Source: the human T2T-CHM13v2.0 reference genome, Homo sapiens. Taken from it: a stretch of DNA of 64,000 nt. Position numbers and translations under genes: made by a program. Below the pieces are notes generated by a model that saw only the letters and a program-made list of their open reading frames with translations, did no database searches and was not told the DNA's origin. This document shows positions 1 through 16,919 of this stretch, in pieces. The stretch is from assembly GCF_009914755.1 (NCBI RefSeq), contig NC_060940.1. The stretch is one strand, 5' to 3'. Positions within the stretch are counted from its first letter, which is position 1; each line of letters begins with the position of its first letter.

Positions 1-402
1 AACACGTGGTGGGCATTACAGCAGGCTCAGCCAAGATCTGACCATTTTAACTTTAATCTTACTTTGGTTCTTCTCTGCTTTGCTTTCTGATCCTGACATT
101 TGTTTTCTGAGCAGTGCCCTAGATTCTGCCTCATGGTGTGCCCCACAGCAAAGTGTTTGAAGTGAATGCATCTAAGCTGCCAAGAGTATCCTCAGCTCAA
201 ACAACTCCTGTCCACGGTCACCTCCCTGCCTCGGCTCCTTCTAGCCAGGACTGTCCTCCCTCAGACCAGTGGCTAACCCAGGCCTGGCCTTGAGCTGGGT
301 TTTCCCTGCCTGCTCCCTGGAACTCCAGTCTCTTCCTTCCTTTCTTAGCATCCCATCCCGACTGGGAAGCCTGTGGGGAGAGCTGCGTGCAGGGGCTTGC
401 TA

Positions 403-867
<465 letters not shown>

Positions 868-1179
868 TCATGCAACTAATCAGTTAGAGGCAGAATAGGA
901 AGGCAAACCCATCATTCTGTCAAAAAGAGGAAAATAAATTATTTGCGAATGGTATATATCAAAAGATGTTTACAGTTTCATTTGTTTTCAGAATTATACA
1001 TTGAAATGCACAGAAATTATTTTGGCAGAATACACACCAAAAAGTTAACGGTGATTATCCCTACATAATGAATATAGGGAATTAACTCCGGAGGCTTCTT
1101 TTTGCTAACTTTATTTTCTGATGGGGGGCAACAGGCTCTTCTTCGCTAAGCAGCATTTCCCTCCCCTCCGCCCACCCCA

Positions 1180-1757
<578 letters not shown>

Positions 1758-2187
1758 TAAAACACTTCCTAAAGATAATTCTGCGTACTATCAAAGCCCC
1801 AGTCTCCCAAATTCTGGTACAGTGTTCTTCCCCACCAACAATTGCAAGAGCTTCTCAGTGTGGTTTCTCTCTCCTCCATCATCTCAGGGTTGTGGTGGTC
1901 CCAGAGCAAGCAGACTCTGCGGGGTGGCAGCAGAGGAGAAGCATGGAGCAGAGGCTGTTGAGGACCTGGACAGTGGAGGCAGGTGCATGGCCTCTGACAC
2001 AGCTCCAAACTTAGACCTTCACCTGCGTCCCACTGATGGCTGGGCCCGAGAACCGGTGGGGTCATGTTCCCTCATTGCACACATGCATTTGTAACCCAGG
2101 TAAATTCCAGAGTTCCACACGGTCCTGTCCAAATGGGCATCACATTAGAGAAACACAATCTAGTCCTCTCAAGTAAGAACAACTCCA

Positions 2188-2668
2188 GGCTAGGCATGGT
2201 GGCTCATATCTGTTTTCCTAGCATTTTGGGAGGCCGAGGCAGGAGGATCACTTGAGGTCAGGAGTTCAAGACCAGCCCAGGCAACATAGCAAGACCTTAA
2301 TCTCTAGAAAACATCAAAAAAGAAGCCAGTGCATGCCGGAGTGGTGGTGTGTGCTTCTAGTCCCAGCCACTCAGGAGGCTGAGGCAGGAGGATTGCTTGA
2401 GCCCAGGAGATCAAGCCTGCAGTGAGCCATGATTATACCACTGCACTCCAGCCTGGGCAACATAGCAAGAACGCCGTCTCTAGAAAAAATTAAAAAATAA
2501 GCCAGCACATGTGGTGTGGTGATGTGTGCCTCTGGTCTCAGCTACAGTCTCGGCTGAGGTGGGAGGATCGCTTGAGCCCAGGAGATCGAGGTTGCAGTGA
2601 GCTGTGATTATACCACTGCACTCCAGCCCAAGCAACAAGTGAGACCCCGTCTGAGAAAAAAAAAAAAC
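2188..2668 (+). mobile_element. Trimeric AluJ-like element (left arm plus two right arms)
   Basis: One left monomer, then two right-monomer segments each containing gagcccaggagatc...gattataccactgcactccagcc, then an A-tail. Confidence 0.8.
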
Positions 2669-3253
2669 CAATCATTATTGTCTCTCCTAAAGCACACAGT
2701 GGGTGCTCCAATCCACACAGCTTGACATCTTTCCTCCATCCCTCTCTTTTCTCTCACTTGTCTTGCAGCTGTCCTAAAATCTCTCTCACCCTGTCTTTGT
2801 CTCATTTTCAACACTTCCCCTAAACTCTCTTCAGTGTCCTTGGTGGGGCATGTCCCCTTTTCCCCACCCTCCCTGTCTTTCCACTGCTATCTCCTCTTCT
2901 CTCATGCAAGGAAGGCTCAATCCTTTCCAAAACAAATGCCCTATCTCTGTTCCCTGACTCTTCCCATCACCTCTTATTCCTAGTTGCACATCCAGGAAGC
3001 CTGAGCTGGAGGAGAAGATGGGGGAAGGTGAGAGTGACAAGCTAGCAATGCCAAAGTGTCCTTAGTAGAAGGGAGAGAGATACTCATATATTGATAATCA
3101 CCAATCATTCATTCATTCATTCGCTCATTCACCAGGAACTTCCTGAGGACCTTCTCTGTTGGCACCAGATGCTGTGTGGACAGAAATGTCTCTTTCGTAA
3201 CCTCTGCCCTCAGAGTCCTTCTGGCCTAGTAGGGAAGACAAGCTTGCACCCTA

Positions 3254-3560
<307 letters not shown>

Positions 3561-3764
3561 TCAGGCATTGAATAACACTACACAAGGACTGTCTGCACCA
3601 AGGGGCTAGGCCTGTACTTCCCAGGGAACATACTCTGAACTTTTTCTGCTTATAAGGATCTCCTGTGGCCTGAGTGGCCCTAGGCACCAAACCAAAAGAA
3701 TGAGTGTTGATGCCTTAGAAAGGCAAATTTCAGTTCAACAAAAGGATAATGTCTTTTTTTTTAA

Positions 3765-4076
<312 letters not shown>

Positions 4077-4635
4077 TAATAAAAACATCTTGGCTATTTT
4101 CCTGATAAAACAAGCTTGTTTCAAAAACAAACAAAAAATCTCCAACATCTTAGAGACAGCAAAAATCCCCCTATAATCACATCTCCATGTAATGGGATCA
4201 ACATTGTTAGCAGTTTGGTATTTATTTTTTCAGAATTAATACTTTTTCTACACAAATAGACTCAAATTAAACATATTTTTGAAACTGATTTTCTTTTTAC
4301 CTATCCAGAAATTTTTCATTTGAGTACACCTAGATCTCACCCACCTTTTTTTCTTATAGCTGTATATAAAAGAGTAATTAATATTCAATACCCCCATTGG
4401 TAGACATTTAGGTGTTTCCTCATTTTTGTTGACTCTTCCAAATAATGGTGCATGTGGTGAGTTTCCATCAGCAGAGGTGCTCAGGACTAGAGTATCACCA
4501 GTCACGAAGTCAGAACTGGACTCAAACATTGGTTAGGAGAGTGGACCAGGTAACAGCCCCTCCTCATCCCGGAACACCACCTCCCTGGCCACATCCAGCA
4601 CCTCTAGGTCAACAGAGGCCTGTCCTATTGCATAA

Positions 4636-5025
<390 letters not shown>

Positions 5026-5433
5026 CTCTCCTGGTTTCTTCTCTGAAGTCTCATCTTCCTCCAGGCCTCAAGCTGGACACCTGCTTGGCTTCTGCTGGGA
5101 GCCTCAGCCTTGGGAAGTGGGGCCCTGTGAGCAAAGGGGCTGATGTCTAAGGAGATAGTCAGTCCAGCCTGGCACAATACCTTCCCTCCCTCATCACCCA
5201 AGCCTTGTTGCCCAGAGACCTCCACTCAACAGCTGACATATCCAGTAACACCTGCCGAGGAGAGAGCCAGGCCTTGTGCTGGGCTTGGGGACCACAGGGA
5301 CCACCCAGAAAGACCCCTGCCCTCAAGGATCTCCTGTTGGTTTTACCCATACACAAATAACAGTGGCTTCATGTGCTAAGTTTCAGGCCAGGAGGATATG
5401 AAGAGGGTTGGCAGGGCCAATAACTATCTAGTC

Positions 5434-5630
5434 CAGGGGTTGGTGAACGTTTGCTGTAAAGGCTCAGACAGTAAATATGTGAGGCTTTGCAAGCCATATG
5501 TTCTCTCTCACAACTACTCAACTCTGCCCCTGCCGTGAAAGCAGACATAGACGAGATGGAAACAAATGGGTGTGGACAGTAGCAGGTGGTGGGCGGGATT
5601 CTGCCTGCGTGGATAGCGTGTTAATGCCTG
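5434..5630. mobile_element. MER58A-like hAT-Charlie DNA transposon fossil
   Basis: caggggttggtgaac...gtaaagg...gtaaatat...ggctttgc...acaactactcaactctgcc is typical of MER58. Confidence 0.7.
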
Positions 5631-5855
5631 GTCAAGCCCAGTGGTTCTCAGCTTGGCTGCACAGTGAAGCCACCACGGGAGTTTTTAATTACAGGGAGTG
5701 GGGAGCAGGGCTGGAATGTGCAGCCTGGGTTGAAAACCACTGGTGCAGGGACCAGCGGAGGCTTCTCGGGGTGGTACCGTTTGAGCTGCATCATGAAGGC
5801 CATGGGACCTGCTCGCTTCCTTTTTATTTTGTCTTTGTTGTTGTTGTTGTTTTAA

Positions 5856-6620
<765 letters not shown>

Positions 6621-7199
6621 TGACCTGCTCATATCTAAGAGAGGAAGCTGAGCTCCAAGACTAGGCTTGCCCATCTTTCTATGACGCAGTGTTGCCATTC
6701 TGGAAAGAGCTGGTTTCCTTGCACAGACTTGAGGCTCTCCACCAGATTCAGCAAGCAAGACACGGGATCTGCAGAATCTGCAGGGTCTTGGCCGCCCTCT
6801 GGGCCTGACTAGGGCTTGGCAGTGGTTCTGGTCAAGGGCTGAGTGCCCCCAATGGCGGGGCTCCCTGGCAGGAAACACGGAGGGGACAAGGGTAGGCTTT
6901 GGGCACAATGAGACCTTGGGCCCTGGAGTGAGGAGGAATCATGGTTGAGCTCAGCTCTGCGATTAACAGGCAGCATGACCCTGTGCAGCTCACTGGGCCG
7001 CTCTGAATCTCAGTTTTCTTATGTGTGCACTGGGCATAATACCGGTGGTCATTTCACAACAGTAACGACCGCTGCCACTGCCTCCCTGGTTGTTGTAAGG
7101 ACTCAAGCCCAGGACCTGCCACAGAAGATAGGCTCAGAGCATGTTCACTACTGCTATCTTTAAACTTCTCTAATAGTCTGATAGTCTGCCTTCCCTAAT

Positions 7200-7507
7200 A
7201 CTTTTCTTTTTCTTTTCTTTCTTTGAGCCAAAATCTCACTCTGTCACCCAGGCTGGAGTGCAGTGGCACAATCATATCTCACTGTAACCTCGACCTTCTG
7301 GGCTCAAGCGATCCTCCCACCACAGCCTTCCAAGCAGCTGGGACTACAGGCACACACCACCACCCCCAGCTAATTCTTTCATTTTTTGTAAAAACAGGGT
7401 CTCACTATATTGCCCAGGCTGGTCTCGAACTCCTGGCTTCAAGTGATTCTCCCACCTTGGCCTTCCAAAAAGCTGGGATTACAGGCGTGAGCCACTGTAC
7501 CCGGCCC
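7200..7507 (-). mobile_element. Alu (J-like)
   Basis: Reverse Alu dimer. Confidence 0.85.
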
Positions 7508-7571
7508 CCTTAATACATTTTCAACTCAGAGAGAAGGATGGGGTTTCTCTCATTCTATGCTTGTAGCCTCA

Positions 7572-8024
<453 letters not shown>

Positions 8025-8235
8025 TTACTTTTTTTTTTTCTTTTGACAGGGTTCCACTCTGTCACCCAGGCTTGTGTGCAGTGGTACAATCATAGATCAC
8101 TGCAGCCTCCACCTCCTGGCTTCAAGTGATCCTCCTGCCTCAGCCTCCTAAAGTGCTAGGATTACAGTCATGAGCCATCGCACCCAACCAGATTTGCTTT
8201 TTTCATAAGATGGTGGTGGTGTAAGAAACATCCAC

Positions 8236-8618
8236 TGATATGGTTTGGATATTTGTCCCCTCTAAATCTTATGCTGAAACGTGATCCCCAATGTTGGAGG
8301 TGGGGCCTGGTGGGAGGTATTTTGGTCCCTCATGAATGGCTTGGTAATAAGTGAGTTCTCATTAGTTCAGGAGAGAGCTGGTTGTTTAAAGGAGCCTGGC
8401 ATCTCCACCTCTCTCTTGCTCCTTTGCTCATTGTGTGATGTACCTGCTCCCGTTCTATCATAAGTAAAAGCTTCCTGAGGCCTCACCAGAAGCTGAGCAG
8501 ATGCTGGCACCATGCTTCTTGTAGAGCCTGCAGAAACACAAGCCACATAAACCTCTCTTCCTTATAAATTACCCAGCCTCAGGTATTCTTTTATGGCAAT
8601 GTGAAACAGACTAACACA
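8236..8618 (+). mobile_element. MaLR solo LTR (MSTB-like)
   Basis: tgatatggtttgg ... aagcttcctgaggcctcaccagaagc ... aaattacccagcctcaggtattc ... gactaacaca, with TG...CA ends. Confidence 0.85.
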
Positions 8619-11600
8619 CCCATAAATCTAAATAAGGTCCTTGAAGGGCTGATGGGGATGCTTGGTGTGAAACAGTGCTCAGAACTGGCATCAGGTGGAA
8701 CCGGGCACCCCAGACGTGTCACATCCCTCCAGGGGTTGGGGCAGTGGCTCCACTACTCACCAGCCCTGTGCCTGGACAAGTCTTGATTTTCTCATCTGAT
8801 GAATGGGCACATAATATACCTATTCTTCTGGTTGTTATAAGGATTAAACTAATTAACAATGCACAGCATGCTGGACAATATAGGGAGATCTAGTCTCTAC
8901 CAAAAACAAAACAAAAAAAATTATCCAGGTGCTAAGGCTCATGCCTGTAGTCCCAACTACTCGGGAGGCTGAGGTGGGAGGATCACCCAAGGCTGCTGCA
9001 ATGAGCTATGATTGCACCACTGCACTCCAGCCTGGGTGACAGAGCGACACCCTCTCTCAAATAAATAAAACAATAAATAAATGTAAAGCTCAAGCTATTT
9101 AGAGCAGGACTGAGAACACTGCCTGGTGCTTGCCATTATTATCACCATATTATTATTACTGTTGTCACCATTGTCATCCTTACCTCTGCGGTCTTTCTGG
9201 TCCTGTCACCCTGTGACTGCATATTCAGCCCCACCTCCCAGTTCCAGAGGTGGAAGGTATGAACTACTGTAATGCACTATCCGGTGCCCCCTCCCCAAAC
9301 ACACACTCCTTTCCTCCATTCCAGCATTTAGAGCTGTCGCTGTCATTGCCTCAGGAAAGGGATATTTTGCAAGAAGCAGAGGAAGGGCTTCAAAGGTATC
9401 GAAAACCTCTGGATTCAGGGCAGGCAAAACCCACAGGAGGTCACGGCACTGCCCTTTGCCCCAGAAGAGACAGAGTCCCCCAAACTGGGGACAAGGAACT
9501 TCAGAGCAGGAGCTAAGTGTGAGTAGATGCTGTGGTGCCTAGAAAGATGGAAGAGCCCCAGGGAAAGTGACAGTGACAAAGGCACCTGTTCAGACGTGAA
9601 CAGCACCAGCCCTATTTCGCAGATGGGAAAGGTGAAGCGAAGACAGATTTGTAACTTTTGCCCAGTTTCTTGGTAGCCTGGCTGTCCAATACAAAACAGA
9701 GCCCTGTTTCAGTGTTTGTGAACTGCCATGGGGTAAAACCGTGGCTGAACTGAAGGGACCTCTATGACATCACTGAATGTGGAGCTGGGAGGAGATTTGC
9801 ACAATGGGCCTTCGTGAGCAGTCCTGGTAGCTCCAACCCTGCAGCTGGCTTGTGGCAGGGCTGGGATCTGAGCTTGGGTTTATGGTCCCTGGAGCTAGAG
9901 CGAGTTTCCACGGTACCCTGCCGACTCCCAGCAGGCAGGGGATTCCTGATCAGACCCACCCCAGGCAGGCTTGCACTGTGAGGTCCTCATGGAAAGTGGG
10001 GCTGGGGACCCTCCATCACTGGCTCTGCCAGAACTGCTGCAGAGGTGTTGGAGGTGACTGTGCCATGTCACAGTCACTGTCCCCAATAGCCCACCATAGT
10101 CTGGAGTCTGATGGAGGCTGGGTGTTTGCTCTTTTTAGGAGAAAAGGCGGATGAAGGCAAGTGATGGAGCTGGGAGACTCTGAGGACACTGAGGGAGGGT
10201 TTCAGGGAGGACCAGAACTGATATATCACTAGTAGGCCACACTGTACCTGCCGGCCTGATTCCAGGGCCGAATGTGGCCACAATAGCCAGGGGCGTTATC
10301 AGGGGGCCTACCAGGCCCCATCTCTGCTGTGGCAGGGGTGGGTGTCAGGTGCCCTGGGGCCTCCCCAGCCTCCACTGCCCCTGCTCCAGGCTGTCATCCC
10401 CCGCCATGTTCTCCACCCTATATGGTTCCATCTGTGCCATCCTCAAGGCCAGCCCCTCTCTCTCTGGCCCCAGACTGACTCTGTTTCCCAAATATCCAGC
10501 CACTGCCTTGTATGAATTAATAGCCTACATGCTGTGCTTCTGCAACTATCTGTAATAAAGGACTAAGACTCCCCCCACCCCCTTAATTTTCTTCTCTTTT
10601 TTAGACACGGGGTCTTGCCCTATTGCCCAGCCTGGAGTGCGGTGGAGCAATCATAACTCACTGAAGCCTCCAATTCATGGGCTCAAGTGATCCTCCACCC
10701 ACCTCGGCCTCCTGAGCAGCTGGAATTATAAGTGTGTGCCAACATGTCTGGCTCCCACTTAATTTTCAATCTGTCTTGAACCAATTTTTTCATAAAAAAT
10801 GAAAATGAAATGAAAAAAATGCATAGAAAAGGCAAGCATGAGTGTCCAGCAATGTCAATTTGTTATGAAAGCTTCCATTTATCTCAATTTCTGTCCTTAC
10901 ATCACGAAGGATGTTTGCAAACGGGCAATGGTCCAGGGACCACACTTTGAGTAGCACTGTTCTGTAAGGCCCTTTTCTCTCCTCTGGCCTTGGCTGGCCA
11001 CATCCACCTCCTGACCCTATGACTGGGGCTGCACCTGCTCTATCCTCCAGCCCAGTACTTCGCAAATTTAACGGTGCTCCAAGATCACCCGAGAAGCTTG
11101 TTCACATAAAGCCTCTGATTCAGCAGGTCTAAGGTGGGGTCTGAGATTCTGCATTTTGAGCAGGCTTCCAGGTGAGGCCAGCGCTGCTGGGCCCAGGCTT
11201 TGGCCAGGTGAGGGGCTCAGCCCAGCCCAGGCTTCCCATCCTCTCCCCATGGTCCTGGTGGCAAATGGCCATGATCAAAGAGCCAGCCACCTCCTTCCCG
11301 CCTCTGAAGCTCCCTCCAGCCGGCAGATATTTAAAAGAAAGCATGAAAGTTCAGGGAGTGAACATTCCTTCCAGATTCCTTCCAGATGTTCCTTTCAGAT
11401 GTTCCTCCCACCATCCTTTGATAATTTTTTCACTTCAAGGACCATCTTGTGTTTTCACCTCCCCGTGTATGGGTGCTGGCTGACGATCCGATCACATGAG
11501 CCGCGTGAAGGCTCTGAATCTCCACGGTGCCATCTCCAGTTTCTGGGCATCGCGTTCCTCTCAAGAATGAACGGCGATTTCAAAGGACCCCAACACTGGG

Positions 11601-12062
11601 TGATGGCGTGCAAAGTGTTACCGAGAAATAAACTTCAAGCAGTGAAGACAGATGGATGAGATGGAGCTGTGATTGAACATGTCTCAGAGGCTAGACATCT
11701 AAGAAACAGTCGCAGAGGACAAAGAACACATTGATTTTTAAATAAGCAATTCACGATGGAATGAAAAATGGAATTAAAAGGAATTTTGGGCAAATAAATG
11801 ACTGCAGGTAGTAAATTAAGATTCCATAACATCACGTAAAAAGGGTCATTGCAAGTTAGGGGGAAATAAATGGGTTTTTAAGAAGGACTTTTTTTTTTCT
11901 TTTCCCATTTTCTGAGTAAATATCATCATGATATAAAACATTTGGAAAATAACACAGAAGGAGATAAAGCCATGCGCATGTCAGTGCCTTAGCTTGATCT
12001 TTATGTGTAATTTACAGTTTTGTCTCCCGTTTCTCCAATACTGGGTTTTAAAAAGAGACCTC

Positions 12063-12364
<302 letters not shown>

Positions 12365-12639
12365 CTAGATATTAACACCTTGAAGTTACACTTTGGTTAT
12401 TTCTAGAATCGCATGGGTTAGCAATGATTACCTGGCAATACAAATAATCACTGGCATGGTGGTGGTCCCCATCCCAAAACCCCATCCCCATCTTTGACAA
12501 CCCCTAAGGAGTCCCTCCACCCATAAAGGCCGTACCGACAGCACGAAACCTCCAGACAGGACTTGTCTCAGAAGTCCCTTTCAGCACCCAGACGACGCCA
12601 GGAGGGAGAACAGACGTGAGGATACCTGAGGCGTGATGC

Positions 12640-13460
12640 TGCCCAGCTTGGCGGAGGAGACGGTGGGGAAGGTGTCAGGCAGCACTCCAGCAGAGAGAAG
12701 AGTGGGTCAGAGCTGCACAGGCCGGAACATGGCCGGGCTGGGGAGCTGTGTATGATCAGGAGATGCTGCATGCAGGGCAAGGGGCCCGGAGTACACGGTG
12801 GGACTCTGAAGTTATGATGAGGAATTGGGTCTTTGTCCTGAGAGCCATGGGAAACCACTCCAGTGTTTTAGGCAGAAAGATGGGGGTCCTGTTACCCTGA
12901 TGACGTTAGCATATTGAGGAGGCATTGCAGCTTCTGGGGTGAGAGTAGATTAGAGGGGACAAAAATGGGTGTGCAAAGATCATGAAGAAAGTTGCTGGAT
13001 TCACCCAGGTAAGTCCTGTTGCAGCCACAGACTAGGACGATGGAAGTGGAGGCAGAGAAAAAGGAAGGAGACATAAAGAGAAGGCCCTGGGCTTGTGGTG
13101 AGCGGGAGGGTCATGGGTGGTGAAGAAGCAGCGGCATCTGTCAGGACTGCAGGTTTCCAGCTTGCACAAGCAGAGCCACTTATGGAGGGAGAGATGGAAA
13201 TAAGACTGCATTTGGGGGTGTGAATATCATGAATGAGTCTTGGACATATTGATCTGAGGTGCCTTTGAGAATCCAAGTAGAAACACCAAGGAAGCAACTG
13301 CATATGGCATCGGGTGGGGCGGAGCGGGTTCTTCTAATATGGGGGCCCTCGGCCACGTGGCCATGGAGGATGAGGAGCTGCACATCATAGAAGGGAAGAC
13401 AGCCCTGTAGGAAACCAGAGACGGCGTCGGCACACAGGACCAGGAGAAGTGGCTGTGGGA
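12640..13460. mobile_element. L2 LINE fragment(s)
   Basis: Degenerate L2 motifs (gagccatgggaaaccact...tttaggcag; ttggacatattgatctgaggtgcctttgaga...ccaagtaga). Confidence 0.55.
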
Positions 13461-14384
13461 GCCGAAGAGAGAGCAATTCGGGAGGCAGGTGGGTGCCGTG
13501 CCAGGCTGCCGAGAGCTGCTTCGTGGAGTGAGGGGGTGGGAGCCAGATTGGAGGGGGCTGGACGGTGAGTGGGAGGTGAAGATGTGGAGACAGGCCCTTC
13601 ACAAGGCTCCCCCACAGCAAACAGGAGAGAGAGAACAGGAGCCATTGGGGCATGCGGTTGACGTGCCCATCCCTGCTCAGCCAATCCGGTGAATGTGTAA
13701 GGAGCCAGGTTGAGGTCACCCCTTCCCTGTGCACAAACCACTTTTGTCCATGCTGGTTTCTTGCAGATCTGAGATCTGATGGCTTTGTGTTGGGCTGGGA
13801 GTGCAGTGAGCACTGGCATCAAGGAAGGGGGCTTTGGATGGTTCCTACTCCATCTCCTCTCTTTTAGAAGATAAATGCATCCCAGTGATAGACAGATAGC
13901 TGCTACCACCAGCCTCCAACCCCAGACACCGTGGGAGGAGAAGAGAGATCAGAGACCCAGGCACAACTCCCATCGAGGCGCTCACTCTCAAATCACACCA
14001 AGTTGCTTAGATTTTCCTAAATGTGCTTCGTGTGTCGGCCCCTCCTGGCCTTTGCTTGTTCTGTTCCCCGTGCCTGAAATAGCCTTCCTCACCCACTGCC
14101 GATCTGTCTGGTGAATGCTGCATGAGTATTGAAAAACTCAGCTCAGGGGTCTCTTCTGTGAAGCCTCTTCTATCCTATACCTCCCACTGGGACTGGCCCC
14201 TCCTGCCTGAAGCCACTTCCGGGAGACTCGATTGTGCCACCCAGTTGCACTTTGCTGTGGTGTGAGCAGGGGGCTGTGAACTCAAGTGTTTCAGCCTGTT
14301 GTTGCCATGCGGGAACATGGGCCCAGTGTGGCCAGATCTCTGCTTTGTCATGAAAAGCCAAAAACCTTGATTTTTGATTTCTTG

Positions 14385-14650
14385 TATTTTTTTTTTTAGA
14401 TTCAGGGGTACATGTGCAGATTCATTACATGGGTGCATTGCATGATGCTGAGGTTGGGCTTCAGTTGATCCCATCACCCAAACCCTGAACATAGTACCTG
14501 ATAGGTGGTTTTGCAACCCTTGCCTTCCTCCCTCCCTGCTCTTGCAGTCCCCAATGTCTGTTGTTCCCGTCTTTATGTCCATGTGTACCCAGTGATTAGC
14601 TCCCACTTATAAGTGAGAAAATGCCATATTTCTTTTTCTGTTTCTGCAAA
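14385..14650 (-). mobile_element. L1 3' end (L1PB-like)
   Basis: Poly-T, then gattcaggggtacatgtgcag...ttagctcccacttataagtgag. Confidence 0.8.
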
Positions 14651-14713
14651 ACCTTGATATTTTAACATGAAATCTCCTGATTTTTAAAACTCAGCCCAAA
14701 TTTAAGAATTTTG

Positions 14714-15025
14714 GGCCGGGCGCGGTGGCTCACACCTGTAATCCCAGCACTTTGGGAGGCAGAGGAGGGCGGATCCCGAGATCAGGAGATCACGACCATC
14801 CTGGGTAACACGGTGAAACCCCGTCTCTACTAAAAAAATACAAAAAAAATTAGCTGGGCGTGGTGGCGGGCACCTGTAGTCCCAGTTACTCAGGAGGCTG
14901 AAGCAGGAGAACGGCGTGAACCCAGGAGGCAGAGCTTGCAGTGAGCAGAGATCACGCCACTGCACTCCAGCCTGGGTGACTGAGCGAGAGTGTCTCAAAA
15001 AAGTAAATAAATAAATAAATAAATA
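14714..15025 (+). mobile_element. AluY-like
   Basis: gagatc..gaccatcctgg.taacacggtg and ggcgtgaacc AluY diagnostics; (TAAA)n tail; TSD taagaattttg. Confidence 0.88.
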
Positions 15026-15499
15026 AGAATTTTGAAACCACCATGCAAGCTAAACAAAACATATCTGCAGGCCAGATTCTCCAAGGACTACCATTTGCCG
15101 CTTGCTACAGGCCCCCTTTTCAGGCAGGGAGTGTATCTTATTTGCCCTGCACAGAGGGAGGTCTCTAACAGAGGGATGGGGTGAGGGGGGCGGGGGCAGG
15201 GAGAGGGGAACCCCAGCTTTGTTTCCAGAAACATAATTGTATCATTTCATAAAGTCCTCACAACAAAGCCTCAAGGTAGGCATTAGCTCATTTTCCAGCC
15301 AGGAAAATTGAAGCTCGGAGAGGTGAAGCGAGTTACCTGGGGACTCACAGCTAGTAAACTGCGAAGTTAATTCCAACCCTGGTCTATTTCTTCAGGCGTT
15401 CCACAAGGGCTGAATGCATGAAGTCAGCCAGGCGCTCAAACAGTGTCTGCAACAGGAGGCACTGCATAACTTTCTACTATACTTAACAATAGAATTAAT

Positions 15500-15808
15500 G
15501 TTTTTTTGGTTTGGTTTGGTTTTTCAAGACAGGTTCTTGTTCCGTAGCCCAGGTGGGAGAGCAGCGGCGCCATCATAGCTCGCTGAAGCCTTGATCCCCC
15601 GGACTCAAGTGATCCTCCCACCTCAGCCTCCCTGAGTAACTGGGACCACAGGCACATGCCACCACACCCAGCTAATCTTTTAATTTTTTTGTAGAGACAG
15701 GGTCTTGCTATGTTGCCCAGGCTAGTCTCGAGCTCCTGGACTTAAGTGATCTGCCTGCATCAGCCTCCCAAGTGCTAGGACTACAGGCGTGAGCCACCGA
15801 GCCTGGCC
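15500..15808 (-). mobile_element. Alu (J-like)
   Basis: Reverse Alu dimer. Confidence 0.85.
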
Positions 15809-16919
15809 TAATATTGTTAATAATTAATACCGTAATTGATTGGGCCTCTGTGGTTCTAGGTGCAGGGACAGAGTGGTAACCAGGAAAAGCAGGCTCCCTG
15901 CTCTCGTGGAGTGTGCACCGAAATGGGCCAGACATAAACACGAAAATAAATAAACAAGTAATTTCAGAGAGTCCTAAGTGGTACAGAGAGAGGTGCAGGG
16001 GTCCCAGGAAGGAAGATCTGCCCTCCCAAAAAGCTCCGGGGGCTTCCGTCCCCCACACAGTGCCACGTTCCCAAGTGAGGCGGGTCATTTGTTTGGCACA
16101 GCTGAATTCCCTCTGGGATCCAATCCAACAGGTCTGATTTTCTTCCACACATTGTTAAACCAGATCTGAGCATTAAGTATTCAAGAAAGCCCCAATCTGC
16201 AAATATTTACCTTTCATTCAGCAGCATCTGACCCTCCCCTTGGGAGGCCCGATTAAGACGAAGGAGGGGACGACAGGCAGGGTGACGCTGGGAGGGTTTA
16301 ATTCCAGATGTTTCTCAGGGGTGGGGCAGGAATTGGGGGGTGCAGGCCCTCCAATCCAGCAAACCCAACACATGTGCATACTGGTCCTTCCACATGACCA
16401 TGTGCACATGCATACGCACACGCACACAGATGCGCACACACACACATAATACGCCTTTCTTCGACAGCGCTGAACACCATTTCAAATCTGCCCAACTGCT
16501 CCTCAGCCATGCAGTCGGCTCTTGCAGAGGGTAATCCAACAGGACATGGGTGGTGGGGGTAGGGGTGGGAAAGGGACAGTTTAATTTCTTCCTGTCCATC
16601 AGCCCCCGCAGGGCACTACCTTGTCGCTGGTCTCCAGGAGGACAGCAGGAAAGACTCGGATGAAATGGGCTCCAGAAAGCCCTCTCCCACAGATAGGAAA
16701 CGTGGGGGCGTGAGGGAGCCCATGAGCTCTGTCCCACAGAGTGCATCATACCAGAAACCCACTCACGGTCTGTCTCTCACCTCACCTGCCCCTCCTGCGA
16801 TGAACTCCTCAGCCATGGGACTCCCTTTACTCTCATTGTGTGCCCAGGTCCTAGCTCAATACCCAGCAGAGATAATTGATCAAGCCTGAGAGGCCACACA
16901 GCACAGGGAAGGACTATGT

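Noticed and set aside
16831-16885. Shorter version of the neighbouring candidate exon (LDQLSLLGIELGPGHTMR)
   Set aside because: The only GT gives 55 nt with a weak AGA|gtaaag donor; there is no GT at the in-frame 54-nt position.
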